From Abditibacteriaceae bacterium (GTDB lineage Bacteria > Armatimonadota > Abditibacteriia > Abditibacteriales > Abditibacteriaceae), in NCBI GenBank assembly GCA_965277285.1, contig OZ255721.1, forward strand, positions 2,112,001 through 2,176,000: a stretch of 64,000 nt of DNA, given 5' to 3'. The translations under genes were made by a program, and so were the position numbers. The notes beneath the pieces are model-generated. The model saw only the letters and a list, made by a program, of their open reading frames with translations. It was not told where the DNA came from and ran no database searches. Position 1 is the stretch's first letter. Each line of letters begins with the position of its first letter. This document shows positions 50,424 through 59,405 of the stretch, piece after piece.

Positions 50424-50813
50424 ATGACCAGAAAAGAGCGTGAATTACTCGCTACCGTCGAACGTTCTGCGCTTGCATGGGAGTTGCGCGAATTTGTGAG
50501 AGAGCAGGCCGCAGTGCGCAATTCTTCGCTTTACGTTCGTAACATTACACATCATGCGCCATGTGGACAAATCACAAAGCGGCGCGAAATTGAATGCTGG
50601 TGTTCCGGCGCGCAGTGGCTGCTCGATAAGCTCAATTCTCGCGCCGCGACCATCAACAAAGAAAGTAGCAAATGGCCGAAGACGCCGCAACAAATGGGCG
50701 TCATGCTCAACAAATTGACGCCCGGCCTTCTGCTCAAAAATGTGCGCGCGACATACTCACGGCATGAGCTTTACGGGCGATTATGGACGCTTTGGGCGGT
50801 TGAATATCTGTAA
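50424..50813 (+). CDS. Hypothetical protein
   Basis: WPKTPQQMG..L motif resembling winged-helix tails of mobile element replication proteins. Confidence 0.45.
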   Translation: MTRKERELLATVERSALAWELREFVREQAAVRNSSLYVRNITHHAPCGQITKRREIECWCSGAQWLLDKLNSRAATINKESSKWPKTPQQMGVMLNKLTPGLLLKNVRATYSRHELYGRLWTLWAVEYL

Positions 50814-50971
50814 ACCGTTGACACTTTAGCAGCCGCAGAGCTTTTTTCGCCGACCAAGCCAACGGGCGAAAACCTACCTTTTGAGGAGGCACTCTTAACC
50901 CATTTTGCATTTGCTCATGTTGTTTGTGCATAAATAACGCAATATTTTCCTCAATCAATGCCAATCCGTAA

Positions 50972-51460
50972 ATGAGAGTTAGAGCTATGGGAAATAAGCA
51001 TTCTACGCGGTGGCCACGCGGCTATAAGAAAAAGACCTGTATCAATGAGTGTCGTCGTCTTAGCCCACGCGAAGCACGACACACGGGCATTGCAACGGTT
51101 ACAACACCCATGCCGCGCGGCGGCTTGCGGTATTGGTGTCTCTGCCCTGTGTGTAACGGGCGCAGGGGCGATCTGTTCCAACGGCCCGGCTGTGAGGTTT
51201 GGGCTTGCCGTGAGTGTCACGGTTTGACCTATAGCGAAAGGCAGCGCCGCCGCGCGCGTGTGATGAGTCCGAAAGATTGGCCAACTTTTTTACAATGGCT
51301 GCAACAACATCAGTTTGTCAAAGCATGGCTGAAATATCACAGCAAAACAGCGATCCACAAAAACGATGCAGAGCAGTTCGAGAATGCGTTGTGCGAGCTT
51401 CTTTGCGACGAATATAACGCCGAATATGCGCGCCTTAAAGAAGCTGGTCGAATACGCTGA
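50972..51460 (+). CDS. Zinc-finger protein of phage-related islands
   Basis: GGLRYWCLCPVC...WACRECHGLTY. Confidence 0.55.
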   Translation: MRVRAMGNKHSTRWPRGYKKKTCINECRRLSPREARHTGIATVTTPMPRGGLRYWCLCPVCNGRRGDLFQRPGCEVWACRECHGLTYSERQRRRARVMSPKDWPTFLQWLQQHQFVKAWLKYHSKTAIHKNDAEQFENALCELLCDEYNAEYARLKEAGRIR

Positions 51461-51466
51461 ATGAGT

Positions 51467-51600
51467 GCAAATAATTTCGAGAGGGTGTTTTTGCTTGAAA
51501 TCGCTAAGATTTCCTTTTGACACCTGCCAGCAGGGACGCTCCTTTGTTGCTTTTTCAAATTGGCGGGAGGGTTATGCCGTGCCGTTTCGAGTACTCGATC
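51467..51600 (+). repeat. ~135-bp direct repeat, copy 1
   Basis: GCAAATAATT...GATTTCCTTTTGACACCTGCCAGCAGG...TTCGAGTACTCGATC; copy 2 at 58561-58692. Confidence 0.85.
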
Positions 51601-51686
51601 AATCAAAATACGGCAGCCGTGTTACAATTTCCTCGTGGTTGGGCGAAGTTTCGTCATCTCCCTTGTGGAAATGTAAATTGAAATGA

Positions 51687-52571
51687 ATGTCTTTTGTGAT
51701 TATGAGTAAATTCAATGATGTGATTGAAGAAGTGGAATGGCACAATCGTATTATTCACGGTGACTGCCTGCAAGTTTTGAAGCAAATACCGTCGAATGCA
51801 GTTGATCTAATTGTGACTTCGCCACCCTACGCGGACAGCCGCAAAAGCACTTACGGCGGCATTCACCCTGATGAATACGTTCAATGGTTCTTGCCCAGGA
51901 GTGAGGAATTAAGGCGTGTTCTCAAAGACAACGGTAGTTTCATCCTCAACATCAAAGAGAAGGCGACAGACGGCCAGCGACATACTTACGTGCTTGAGTT
52001 AATACTTGCGCTCAAGAAACAGGGTTGGCTATGGACAGATGAATATATCTGGCACAAACGCAACTGCACGCCCGGCAAGTGGCCCAACCGTTTCCGCGAC
52101 GCTTGGGAGCGATGCCTACATTTCACAAAGCAAAAGAAGTTCAATATGTACCAAGATGCTGTTATGGTGCCGACAGGTGATTGGGCCAAGTCACGCCTCA
52201 AGAACTTGAGCGAAACCGACAAGCGCCGAGATACTTCCAAGGTGGGTAGCGGCTTCGGCAAGAATATATCGAATTGGGTAGGCCGTGAGATGGCTTATCC
52301 AACCAATGTTTTACACATGGCTACCGAGTGCGGCAACAAAAACCACAGCGCCGCTTTTCCCAAAGAGCTACCTGCCTGGTTCATCAAATTATTTACTCAG
52401 GAGGGCGATGTAGTTCTTGATCCGTTTTTCGGTTCAGGCACGACCGGAATAGCCGCAGTGGAACTGCGTAGGCACTATGTTGGCATTGAACTGAAAGAAG
52501 ATTATTACAACTTGGCCGTGGCAAATGTGGAACACGCCCGCCTGCCCGTGGAGCAAACCACGTTATTATGA
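51687..52571 (+). CDS. Amino (probably N4-cytosine) DNA methyltransferase, beta class
   Basis: TSPPY before VLDPFFGSGTT; HSAAFP. Confidence 0.92.
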   Translation: MSFVIMSKFNDVIEEVEWHNRIIHGDCLQVLKQIPSNAVDLIVTSPPYADSRKSTYGGIHPDEYVQWFLPRSEELRRVLKDNGSFILNIKEKATDGQRHTYVLELILALKKQGWLWTDEYIWHKRNCTPGKWPNRFRDAWERCLHFTKQKKFNMYQDAVMVPTGDWAKSRLKNLSETDKRRDTSKVGSGFGKNISNWVGREMAYPTNVLHMATECGNKNHSAAFPKELPAWFIKLFTQEGDVVLDPFFGSGTTGIAAVELRRHYVGIELKEDYYNLAVANVEHARLPVEQTTLL

Positions 52572-53326
52572 ATACGCCTTCACCCTATCAAGACTATTAC
52601 GATTATTTGGCCGAGCACGTCATGTCGCCGTTTTACACAAGCCGCTTGGTCAAACTCAATGAGCTTAAACTCGCCAATGTTTTGAAACGCAAGAATCCAT
52701 ATTTGTTCAAAGCTAAGAACATAGATATTCCCAGCGATTTGGTGAAGGGCATCGTTGACGCTTATCTTTCATCTCAAGAGGAAACGATGTTCGGCAATCT
52801 GCTGGAAGGGTTTGCGATCTATGTTTCAAACAGGCTCTACGGCGGCTTCAAATCAGGTTTCAAGAGCGTAGATTTAGAGTTCGAGCGAGATAACATCTAC
52901 TATATTGTGGGCATTAAGTCTGGCATAAGTTGGGCCAACGCCGACCAAATCAGAGCCATGAAAGACGGTTATAAAGCCGCCAAGCAGAGTTTGCGCGCAG
53001 CAGGCAGGACAAACGAGATCATAGCTGTTAATGGCTGCATTTACGGCAAAGACCGAAGCCCGCTTAAAACGGATGCCAGCGACTCAGACAAGACTTATTA
53101 TAAATATGCAGGTCAAGACTTCTGGAAGTTCATTTCAGATGATGATCTGCTATATCAAGAAATCATTGTGCCGATAGATCAGGAAGCCAAACAAAAAGAT
53201 GAGACGTTTAGAGCTGCCTATGCTGCCAAAGTCAATGAAATGACTGAGGATTTTAGCCGCAGCTTTATGACAAACCACCAAATAGATTGGTTGAAGCTTG
53301 TTGACTATGTGTCCAAAAGAGCCTAA
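52568..53326 (+). CDS. Type II restriction endonuclease (EcoO109I/PmeII-like)
   Basis: KRKNPYLF, SSQEETMFG, VDLEF...IKSG, GQDFWKFI; ATGA-coupled to the MTase. Confidence 0.78.
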   Translation: MNTPSPYQDYYDYLAEHVMSPFYTSRLVKLNELKLANVLKRKNPYLFKAKNIDIPSDLVKGIVDAYLSSQEETMFGNLLEGFAIYVSNRLYGGFKSGFKSVDLEFERDNIYYIVGIKSGISWANADQIRAMKDGYKAAKQSLRAAGRTNEIIAVNGCIYGKDRSPLKTDASDSDKTYYKYAGQDFWKFISDDDLLYQEIIVPIDQEAKQKDETFRAAYAAKVNEMTEDFSRSFMTNHQIDWLKLVDYVSKRA

Positions 53327-53367
53327 AAAGCTGTCCAGCAAATTTTAATTCGGCTGATGCTGAGACA

Positions 53368-55065
53368 TCACGTTAGTGCTTTATTAATGAGCTTTACTAC
53401 AGTGTAGAAGTGCTGATAGTAATCACGGTTGGGTTGAGCTTGCGCCTTAAATTCGCTCAAGAAAAGTTGCTTTAACTTTCCTCTGGCATCGTTACGCTCT
53501 TTAGTGACGGCACTTGTAGCTTGCTGAACCACATCGGGATTGCCTGCATAGACTGCACTACGCACGGAATCAGGAAGCAACCCTTCAATATCGCGCTTGC
53601 CAGGAAGATTTTGACCGATGGATATGTAATGTTTTCCCTTCTCCAACTTGAGACTGCTGAAGGTAGTACTAACCTCTTGTTCACAATCAAGGTCGTGAGT
53701 TATGAAAAATTTGCCGTATTTGTCCATTATAAATCTGAGCAAGATCGTGTTTTTGAGCGTGTCTTTACCACCATATGCGAAAATTTCGCCATCGAATCTG
53801 AGAGAATTTTCCCCATGTGCAGAGTCACGGAGTAATTCAAAATACTCCTTGTCTATTGGCCCTTCGACCATAAGTATCCGGTCAGTCTTGCTAAAGAGAA
53901 GTTGCTTCCAAGGCTCAAATTCTGCATTGTCAATGCCCAGAGCAAGACTGAAAGGTTCCATCCAGCAGTCACCTTTTGTATCAACGACTTCTGTCCGTTG
54001 TGATTGTCTATTTACGGTGCAACGCTGGAGAAGAATATTCGATTCAGGCTTTGCCATCGAAAGCAAGTATGGACTATGTGTTGTAGCGATGACTTGAACT
54101 TGAAACTCTTCGGATAAATCTTGCAGAATACGGCCAAATTCGGCTTGTGCTGACGGATGAAGAAAACTTTCTGGTTCCTCGATAATCAGGACGGGCGTGA
54201 TTTTATCCGAAATATCTTGTGACTCTGTAATCTTTTTTGCTTTAAATAAAGTGAGCAATATCTGAGTGCGATTGCGTGTCCCACTTCCCCAATCTTTGAG
54301 CGGAACGGAAACACTTTTGTCACCAAGTGACATATCGAATGGCAAATATTCAAGATTTACGTCGGGAACGGACAAGCTCAATTCATATTTCTCTTCGAGT
54401 TTCCCAAGTAGTTCTGTAATTTCTTTCTGATGCTGTTTTGCAAGTTTTCCGATGAATGTGTCGAATGACTTTTGCATTTTTGCAAACTTTTCTCGATCTG
54501 CGGTTGAAAACTCGCTTACAAATCCGCCGTAAGCTCGTCGGTATGGGTAACGACTGTACTCACCTGCTTCGGTTGAGTTATGGAAAAGGATTGCCCCAGA
54601 AGATTGTATTTTTTTCAATATTTCTTTGGCCGAGTACTCATCCACCTCGTCATCATTGACGTGTACGATTACTTGGTTTTCCGGCTTGAGAGCAGTTTGC
54701 TTAAGTTCTATCTTGACCTTAAGAATGTTTTTTTGATCGTCAATCGTGGCGAATCTCTCAATGAATTTATACAGACCTGCATCATTTTCTCGCTCCACTT
54801 CGATGGACATGGAAAGATTAATAGGCGCTTCGCCTTTTTCCTTATCCTTCGCCTTCCACATGGGAAAATCTTCTTTGTACGAGATAGTTTCTCCTTCACC
54901 AAACATAAAAGGAGTTTTCTCTCTCAGAATAACGCGAATGGCTCGGACAAGATTGGTTTTACCGGCATTATTTTTCCCACAGATAGCAGAGTAAGAACTT
55001 GGGAAAGATAAGCTAAGTTCGTCCAAACTACGGTAATTGCAAATTGCCAGTTCTGTGATTTTCAT
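53368..55065 (-). CDS. OLD-family ABC-ATPase/Toprim nuclease
   Basis: GKNNAGKT, GSG signature, IEEPESFLHP, TTHSP, VEGPID, HDLD. Confidence 0.85.
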   Translation of the reverse strand: MKITELAICNYRSLDELSLSFPSSYSAICGKNNAGKTNLVRAIRVILREKTPFMFGEGETISYKEDFPMWKAKDKEKGEAPINLSMSIEVERENDAGLYKFIERFATIDDQKNILKVKIELKQTALKPENQVIVHVNDDEVDEYSAKEILKKIQSSGAILFHNSTEAGEYSRYPYRRAYGGFVSEFSTADREKFAKMQKSFDTFIGKLAKQHQKEITELLGKLEEKYELSLSVPDVNLEYLPFDMSLGDKSVSVPLKDWGSGTRNRTQILLTLFKAKKITESQDISDKITPVLIIEEPESFLHPSAQAEFGRILQDLSEEFQVQVIATTHSPYLLSMAKPESNILLQRCTVNRQSQRTEVVDTKGDCWMEPFSLALGIDNAEFEPWKQLLFSKTDRILMVEGPIDKEYFELLRDSAHGENSLRFDGEIFAYGGKDTLKNTILLRFIMDKYGKFFITHDLDCEQEVSTTFSSLKLEKGKHYISIGQNLPGKRDIEGLLPDSVRSAVYAGNPDVVQQATSAVTKERNDARGKLKQLFLSEFKAQAQPNRDYYQHFYTVVKLINKALT

Positions 55066-55091
55066 AATTCCTCTTCATTATACATTGCCAC

Positions 55092-55168
55092 TCGATCAAG
55101 CTCACCTGCCGCCGCAAGCCGCAGCGAGCATAGGCTGTGCAAATTCGAGTGCTGCACCTTGTCGGCTT
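55092..55168 (-). repeat. Degenerate attC site on the minus strand
   Basis: Reverse complement reads AGCCGACAAGGTGCAGCACTCGAA...GCGGCGGCAGGTGAGCTTGATCG, same family as the plus-strand attCs. Confidence 0.7.
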
Positions 55169-55185
55169 ACTGTTAAAGACGTTAA

Positions 55186-57003
55186 TTAGGAATATCGGCC
55201 ATATTGAGATATTAAGAACAGAATGTGCTTCGCCTCCAAGCTATCAATAAGACTTTGTTGCATGAATGGTCACGGATACGATCTGCGGATAATGTTGATG
55301 TGTGAAAAGCAAGAAAACCAAAAGGCAGTATCGTATCCGCAACTGGCGGGAGTATAACGCGGCTTTGGTGAGGCGCGGAAGTTTGACGGTGTGGCTGGAC
55401 GAGGCGGCGCTGGTAGGTTGGTTTGAGCAGCAGAAGAGTGGCCGACGTGGTGCTTCGCGCCTTTACAGCGACATGGCCATCGAGGCCGTTTTGGTTTTGA
55501 AGGCAGTGTATCGGCTGCCGTTGCGCGCTGCACAAGGGTTTGCTCACAGCGTGCTGGCTTTGATGGGATGGTCGTTGCCGGTGCCCCATTTCAGCACCTT
55601 GAGCCGTCGTCAAGTAGGTTTGGAGTTGGACGTGCCGTGCTTGAGAAGTGGTGGGGCGTTACATCTGGTGGTGGATTCGACCGGCTGCAAGGTTTACGGT
55701 GAAGGCGAATGGAAAGTGCGCGTGCATGGCAAAAGCCAGAGACGGACGTGGCGCAAACTGCATTTGGGTGTGGACGAAAAGACGGGTGAGATTGTGGCTG
55801 CCGTCTTGAGCAGCAACGATGTGAGTGACAGTGAGGATGTGAGTGACAGTGAGGATGTGAGTGACAGTGAGGCGTTGCCGCTGCTGTTGGAGCAGGTTCA
55901 AGAGCCGATTGCTCAACTCAGTGGCGACGGCGGCTATGACAAGGGTTCCTGTTATGAGGTTTTGCAAAAGCGGGAGACAGAACAGGAACAGGCTGTGAAA
56001 GTGACCATCCCGCCCCGGCGCGGCGCACGGATTTGGAGGCATGGCAACCGTAAAGACCAACGGCTGGCGCGTGATGAGAACCTGCGAGAGATTCGGCGTG
56101 TGGGACGCCAAAAGTGGAAGCAGCAAAACGGCTATCACCGGCGCTCTTTGGCAGAGACGGCAATGTCACGCTACAAGCGAATCGTGGGCGACAAGTTGCA
56201 GGCCAGAGACTTCCAAAGGCAAAGCACCGAAGCCTTTGTCGGGGTCTTGATGCTCAACCGAATGAACGCGCTGGGAAGGCCACGAAGTTACGCGGTCTGA
56301 AAACAAAAGTCAAAGAGTGAAGAAGCTCAAAAGCTATTCATGCAACAAAGTCTATCAATAATATAATTGACCTCACTTGAGAAGTTAGTTGGCGCACCAA
56401 TACGGCAGGAAGCAAATAATTCCTCGAATACAGGTTTTGTCATACCAGAATTGAATGAATTTAGCGGAATCGACTTTTTTGTCCCCAGTTTAAAATGAGC
56501 TTCGCAAGCTGGAACATACCGTGCTTTGTCATTTTGGCGGGCACAATAATAACTACCACACCAACCACTCAAACGCTTAATATGTGTCTCTGCAAGCTTG
56601 TTTTGGCATGGCAGAGGGCAAGCTTTAATTAGATTTTCTAATTGAGGAACATCAACTTTCACAATATCGTTATCGTCGGGACTTTTGTATTGTACAATCC
56701 CGAATTTTATTCCTTCCATCGTATAAATTAAGTCCCCACCTTTGATGTCACTCAAACGGACGCCCGTTTGATGAAGCACCCTTGTCTCAAATACCACACC
56801 ATTAACTTGATGCAGAACTGGCTCACTCGGTTTTGTCCCAAAGTGATCTGAGTAGACCAAATCCTGCTCAAATGGATGAAATGCGTTTCGCTCCTTTTTT
56901 CTTCGACATCGAAGAGGACTTGTTGTCCCTGAACAATTGCACCAATCTGCACATTGATGTGCTCGATCAAATCCGACAGTTCCTCTCTATTCATACCTAT
57001 CAT
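55186..57003 (-). pseudogene. Hypothetical protein, possibly PD-(D/E)xK nuclease-like; frameshifted and interrupted by IS
   Basis: Overlapping ORFs 57003-56752 and 56860-56353; removing the IS restores ...NYIIDSLEAKHILFLISQYGRYS*; GDLIY...QYK motif. Confidence 0.55.
55251..56352 (+). mobile_element. IS5-family (IS903 group) element, transposase 55302-56300
   Basis: 17-bp TIR GACTTTGTTGCATGAAT; 9-bp TSD TATCAATAA; NWREYN..LVRRG, DSTG.KVYGEGEW, GYHRRSLAET. Confidence 0.93.
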
Positions 57004-57086
57004 AGTTTAGCGAAAGACCTACGAAACACGTCAGGGTTGCACGCAGCAAGAGAACTCCTTATCGTACGCCTTGTTTGCTCATAATC

Positions 57087-57308
57087 CTATTCCAACCTCG
57101 CGAATACCTGTGATAATCTGATGTCGAATGCATCTGATAACTTCTTGGCAGTTTCAATACTCACAGTTTTTTCGCCACGTTCAATAGCACCAATATACGT
57201 CCGATGTAATCCACATTTATCGGCAAATGCTTCTTGTGACAAACCTGCTTCGAGACGAAGTTGACGAATGACCACCCCAAATTTTTTAACAATTGGCGCA
57301 TTTCTCAC
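57087..57308 (-). CDS. XRE HTH regulator (R-M controller C-protein-like)
   Basis: GLSQEAFADKCGLHRTYIGAIERGEK. Confidence 0.85.
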   Translation of the reverse strand: MRNAPIVKKFGVVIRQLRLEAGLSQEAFADKCGLHRTYIGAIERGEKTVSIETAKKLSDAFDIRLSQVFARLE

Positions 57309-57416
57309 CCCCTACACATTAAAAAATTGCATACTAAAGCTCTACATTCTAAAGATAGCACAAGTCCTTTTTTGACATTGAGAAATAAGGCTAATTACTC
57401 AACTGTAGGGAGAACA

Positions 57417-58541
57417 ATGCAAATTTTCATCGCCCGAAACAACGAAGGACATGGCCCTTACACGTTAGAGCAAATTCAGGCTTATCTTGATTCCGGCCAT
57501 GTGCATGGTTCTGATCTGGCATGGCACAAAGGGCTTCAAGGCTGGATTCCTTTGGCGCAAGTTTCGGGCGTTCGAGTTCCTCAAGTTTTGACAATACTGC
57601 CGCCGCCACCCGTATCTTTGCCCAAACCAGCGCCTTTACCTACACCCACACTTCAAGCGATTGATAAAAAGCCTGCGTTTAATTTCAACAATGTTGTGAA
57701 ATGGGTTTTGGTCAGTATCGGAACAATGGTAGTTATGACAATGTTTATTGCTGTGTTTTTTGTCGGTTCATCAGATAATCCAATATCTTCGACCAATGTT
57801 GTAAAAGCTACAGCTAACCACATAAATTCATCTGAGCAAAAGAAACAAAAAATTGTCCCGGCTCCTGTGCTTAGAAAAATAAGTCGCAAAGAGCGGCGTG
57901 TAAGAATGCGAGCAGCGGCCTTTGACGTGCCTTCATTGCTTGGCAAAAAAATCAGCTATCTCAGAGAAATATTGGGACACCCTGATGAAGAAGATAAAGA
58001 TGAGGAAACCAGAAACGCCTCTCTTGGCATTGACAACGCCACAATGATGTGGACAAAGAAACGTTGGAACTTATTAGTTCATTACAAACTTGACGATAAA
58101 CGTGTTTATGAATGCTTCATCAGCCCCGGAGACGACAGTACAACGAAAGATAAGGCGGGGTTGCTCCAAGCCAGCAATGTTGAAGAAAATTCTCCCCTCT
58201 ATGCAGTCAAATTTATTGGTGAGCTTGGCTCAAATGAAGACTTTATGGGTGTAGAGATCAAGCCCATGACGACGGCTATTGCAGCCGAAGAGAAGCAGAA
58301 GGCAAACGCGAATTGGGCACAGGCGACTGGCCATCTCTGGGAAGGAACCAAGCTTTACTTTGGCGCGGGACACGGCTACATTGGGCAGATTGTTGAGATG
58401 AATGACAATTACACTTCTCCACTCACTGGCACCAACTTTCGCGGCTTAAAAGTGCGCTTTCCAGATGGTAACGAAGAATGGAAAGACCGCGACGCCATCA
58501 TTAGCAATGACAACTGGATGGTGGATTTGAACCAAAAATAA
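57417..58541 (+). CDS. GYF_2/DUF4339 domain membrane protein
   Basis: GPYT..Q...DLAWHKGLQGWIPL, Pro-rich linker, single TM. Confidence 0.75.
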   Translation: MQIFIARNNEGHGPYTLEQIQAYLDSGHVHGSDLAWHKGLQGWIPLAQVSGVRVPQVLTILPPPPVSLPKPAPLPTPTLQAIDKKPAFNFNNVVKWVLVSIGTMVVMTMFIAVFFVGSSDNPISSTNVVKATANHINSSEQKKQKIVPAPVLRKISRKERRVRMRAAAFDVPSLLGKKISYLREILGHPDEEDKDEETRNASLGIDNATMMWTKKRWNLLVHYKLDDKRVYECFISPGDDSTTKDKAGLLQASNVEENSPLYAVKFIGELGSNEDFMGVEIKPMTTAIAAEEKQKANANWAQATGHLWEGTKLYFGAGHGYIGQIVEMNDNYTSPLTGTNFRGLKVRFPDGNEEWKDRDAIISNDNWMVDLNQK

Positions 58542-58560
58542 TCCGCGAGCGAACCATTTT

Positions 58561-58692
58561 GCAAATAATTTGAAAGGGTGTTTTGACAAAAATCGCTAAG
58601 GATTTCCTTTTGACACCTGCCAGCAGGAGCGCTCTTTTATTGTTTTTTCAAATTGACGGGAGGGTATGCCGTGTCGGTTCGAGTACTCGATC
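58561..58692 (+). repeat. ~135-bp direct repeat, copy 2
   Basis: Colinear with 51467-51600. Confidence 0.85.
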
Positions 58693-58713
58693 TGATTGGT
58701 TAGACTGCAACGC

Positions 58714-59403
58714 ATGAAACATCGAGTACTCGTCTGTGCGCTCGCGCTGCTTTTTCTTCCTCTGACACTTTCAACGTCTCACGCCGCGACGTGCTACGGT
58801 GATGCGAATTGCAAAGCCTGCAAAACGTGCCGAGCGTGCGGCTATTGTGCAAAGCGTGGCGGAACGTGCGGTATCTGCGCACGCGCTGCAAAAACTGGCA
58901 ACGTTTCCAACCCTCCCACCCGACAAGAGAAAGGGACAAGTGGCCACTCACAGCTACAACGCAGCCGCGCACCTCAGTTGGTCGTTATGGCTACCTTTAC
59001 CGGGCGCGTTGTTGGCGTGAGCGACGGCGATACAATCACTGTGTTGAATGGAAAGCAGCCGATCAAAGTGCGGCTTTGGGGCATTGACGCGCCGGAAAAT
59101 GCGCAAGCCTTTGGCAGCGTTGCGAAGCAATATACAAGTGTCGCGTGCTTTGGCAAAACGGTTACGGTCTATCCGCAAGCGGTTGATCGTTACAGGCGCA
59201 CTGTGGCTGTCGTGTATGTTGCCAAACGCGGTTGTCTCAATTATCTGCTCGTGAATGAGGGTATGGCGTGGCACTACAGCAAATATACAAGCAATGAGAA
59301 GTTAGCGCGGTATCAGGCCGCAGCGAAAAGCGCCCGACGCGGATTGTGGCAGGACAAAAATCCCACGCCGCCTTGGGATTTCCGCAGAAGCAAGCGCCGG
59401 TAA
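58714..59403 (+). CDS. Secreted thermonuclease (SNase) with Cys-rich N-terminal domain
   Basis: Signal peptide, CxxC cluster, DGDT, VRLWGIDAPE, DRYRR, PPWDFR. Confidence 0.88.
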   Translation: MKHRVLVCALALLFLPLTLSTSHAATCYGDANCKACKTCRACGYCAKRGGTCGICARAAKTGNVSNPPTRQEKGTSGHSQLQRSRAPQLVVMATFTGRVVGVSDGDTITVLNGKQPIKVRLWGIDAPENAQAFGSVAKQYTSVACFGKTVTVYPQAVDRYRRTVAVVYVAKRGCLNYLLVNEGMAWHYSKYTSNEKLARYQAAAKSARRGLWQDKNPTPPWDFRRSKRR

Positions 59404-59405
59404 AA

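Noticed and set aside
51687..53326. The element's R-M system as the cause of the TCGAGTACTCGA enrichment
   Set aside because: Specificity is unknown, the genes look like recent cargo, and the motif is densest in host genes
53368..55065. Gabija or retron system
   Set aside because: No adjacent UvrD helicase or reverse transcriptase
57325..57370. C-box operator upstream of the XRE gene
   Set aside because: Only a weak resemblance (two CTAAAG units); not supportable
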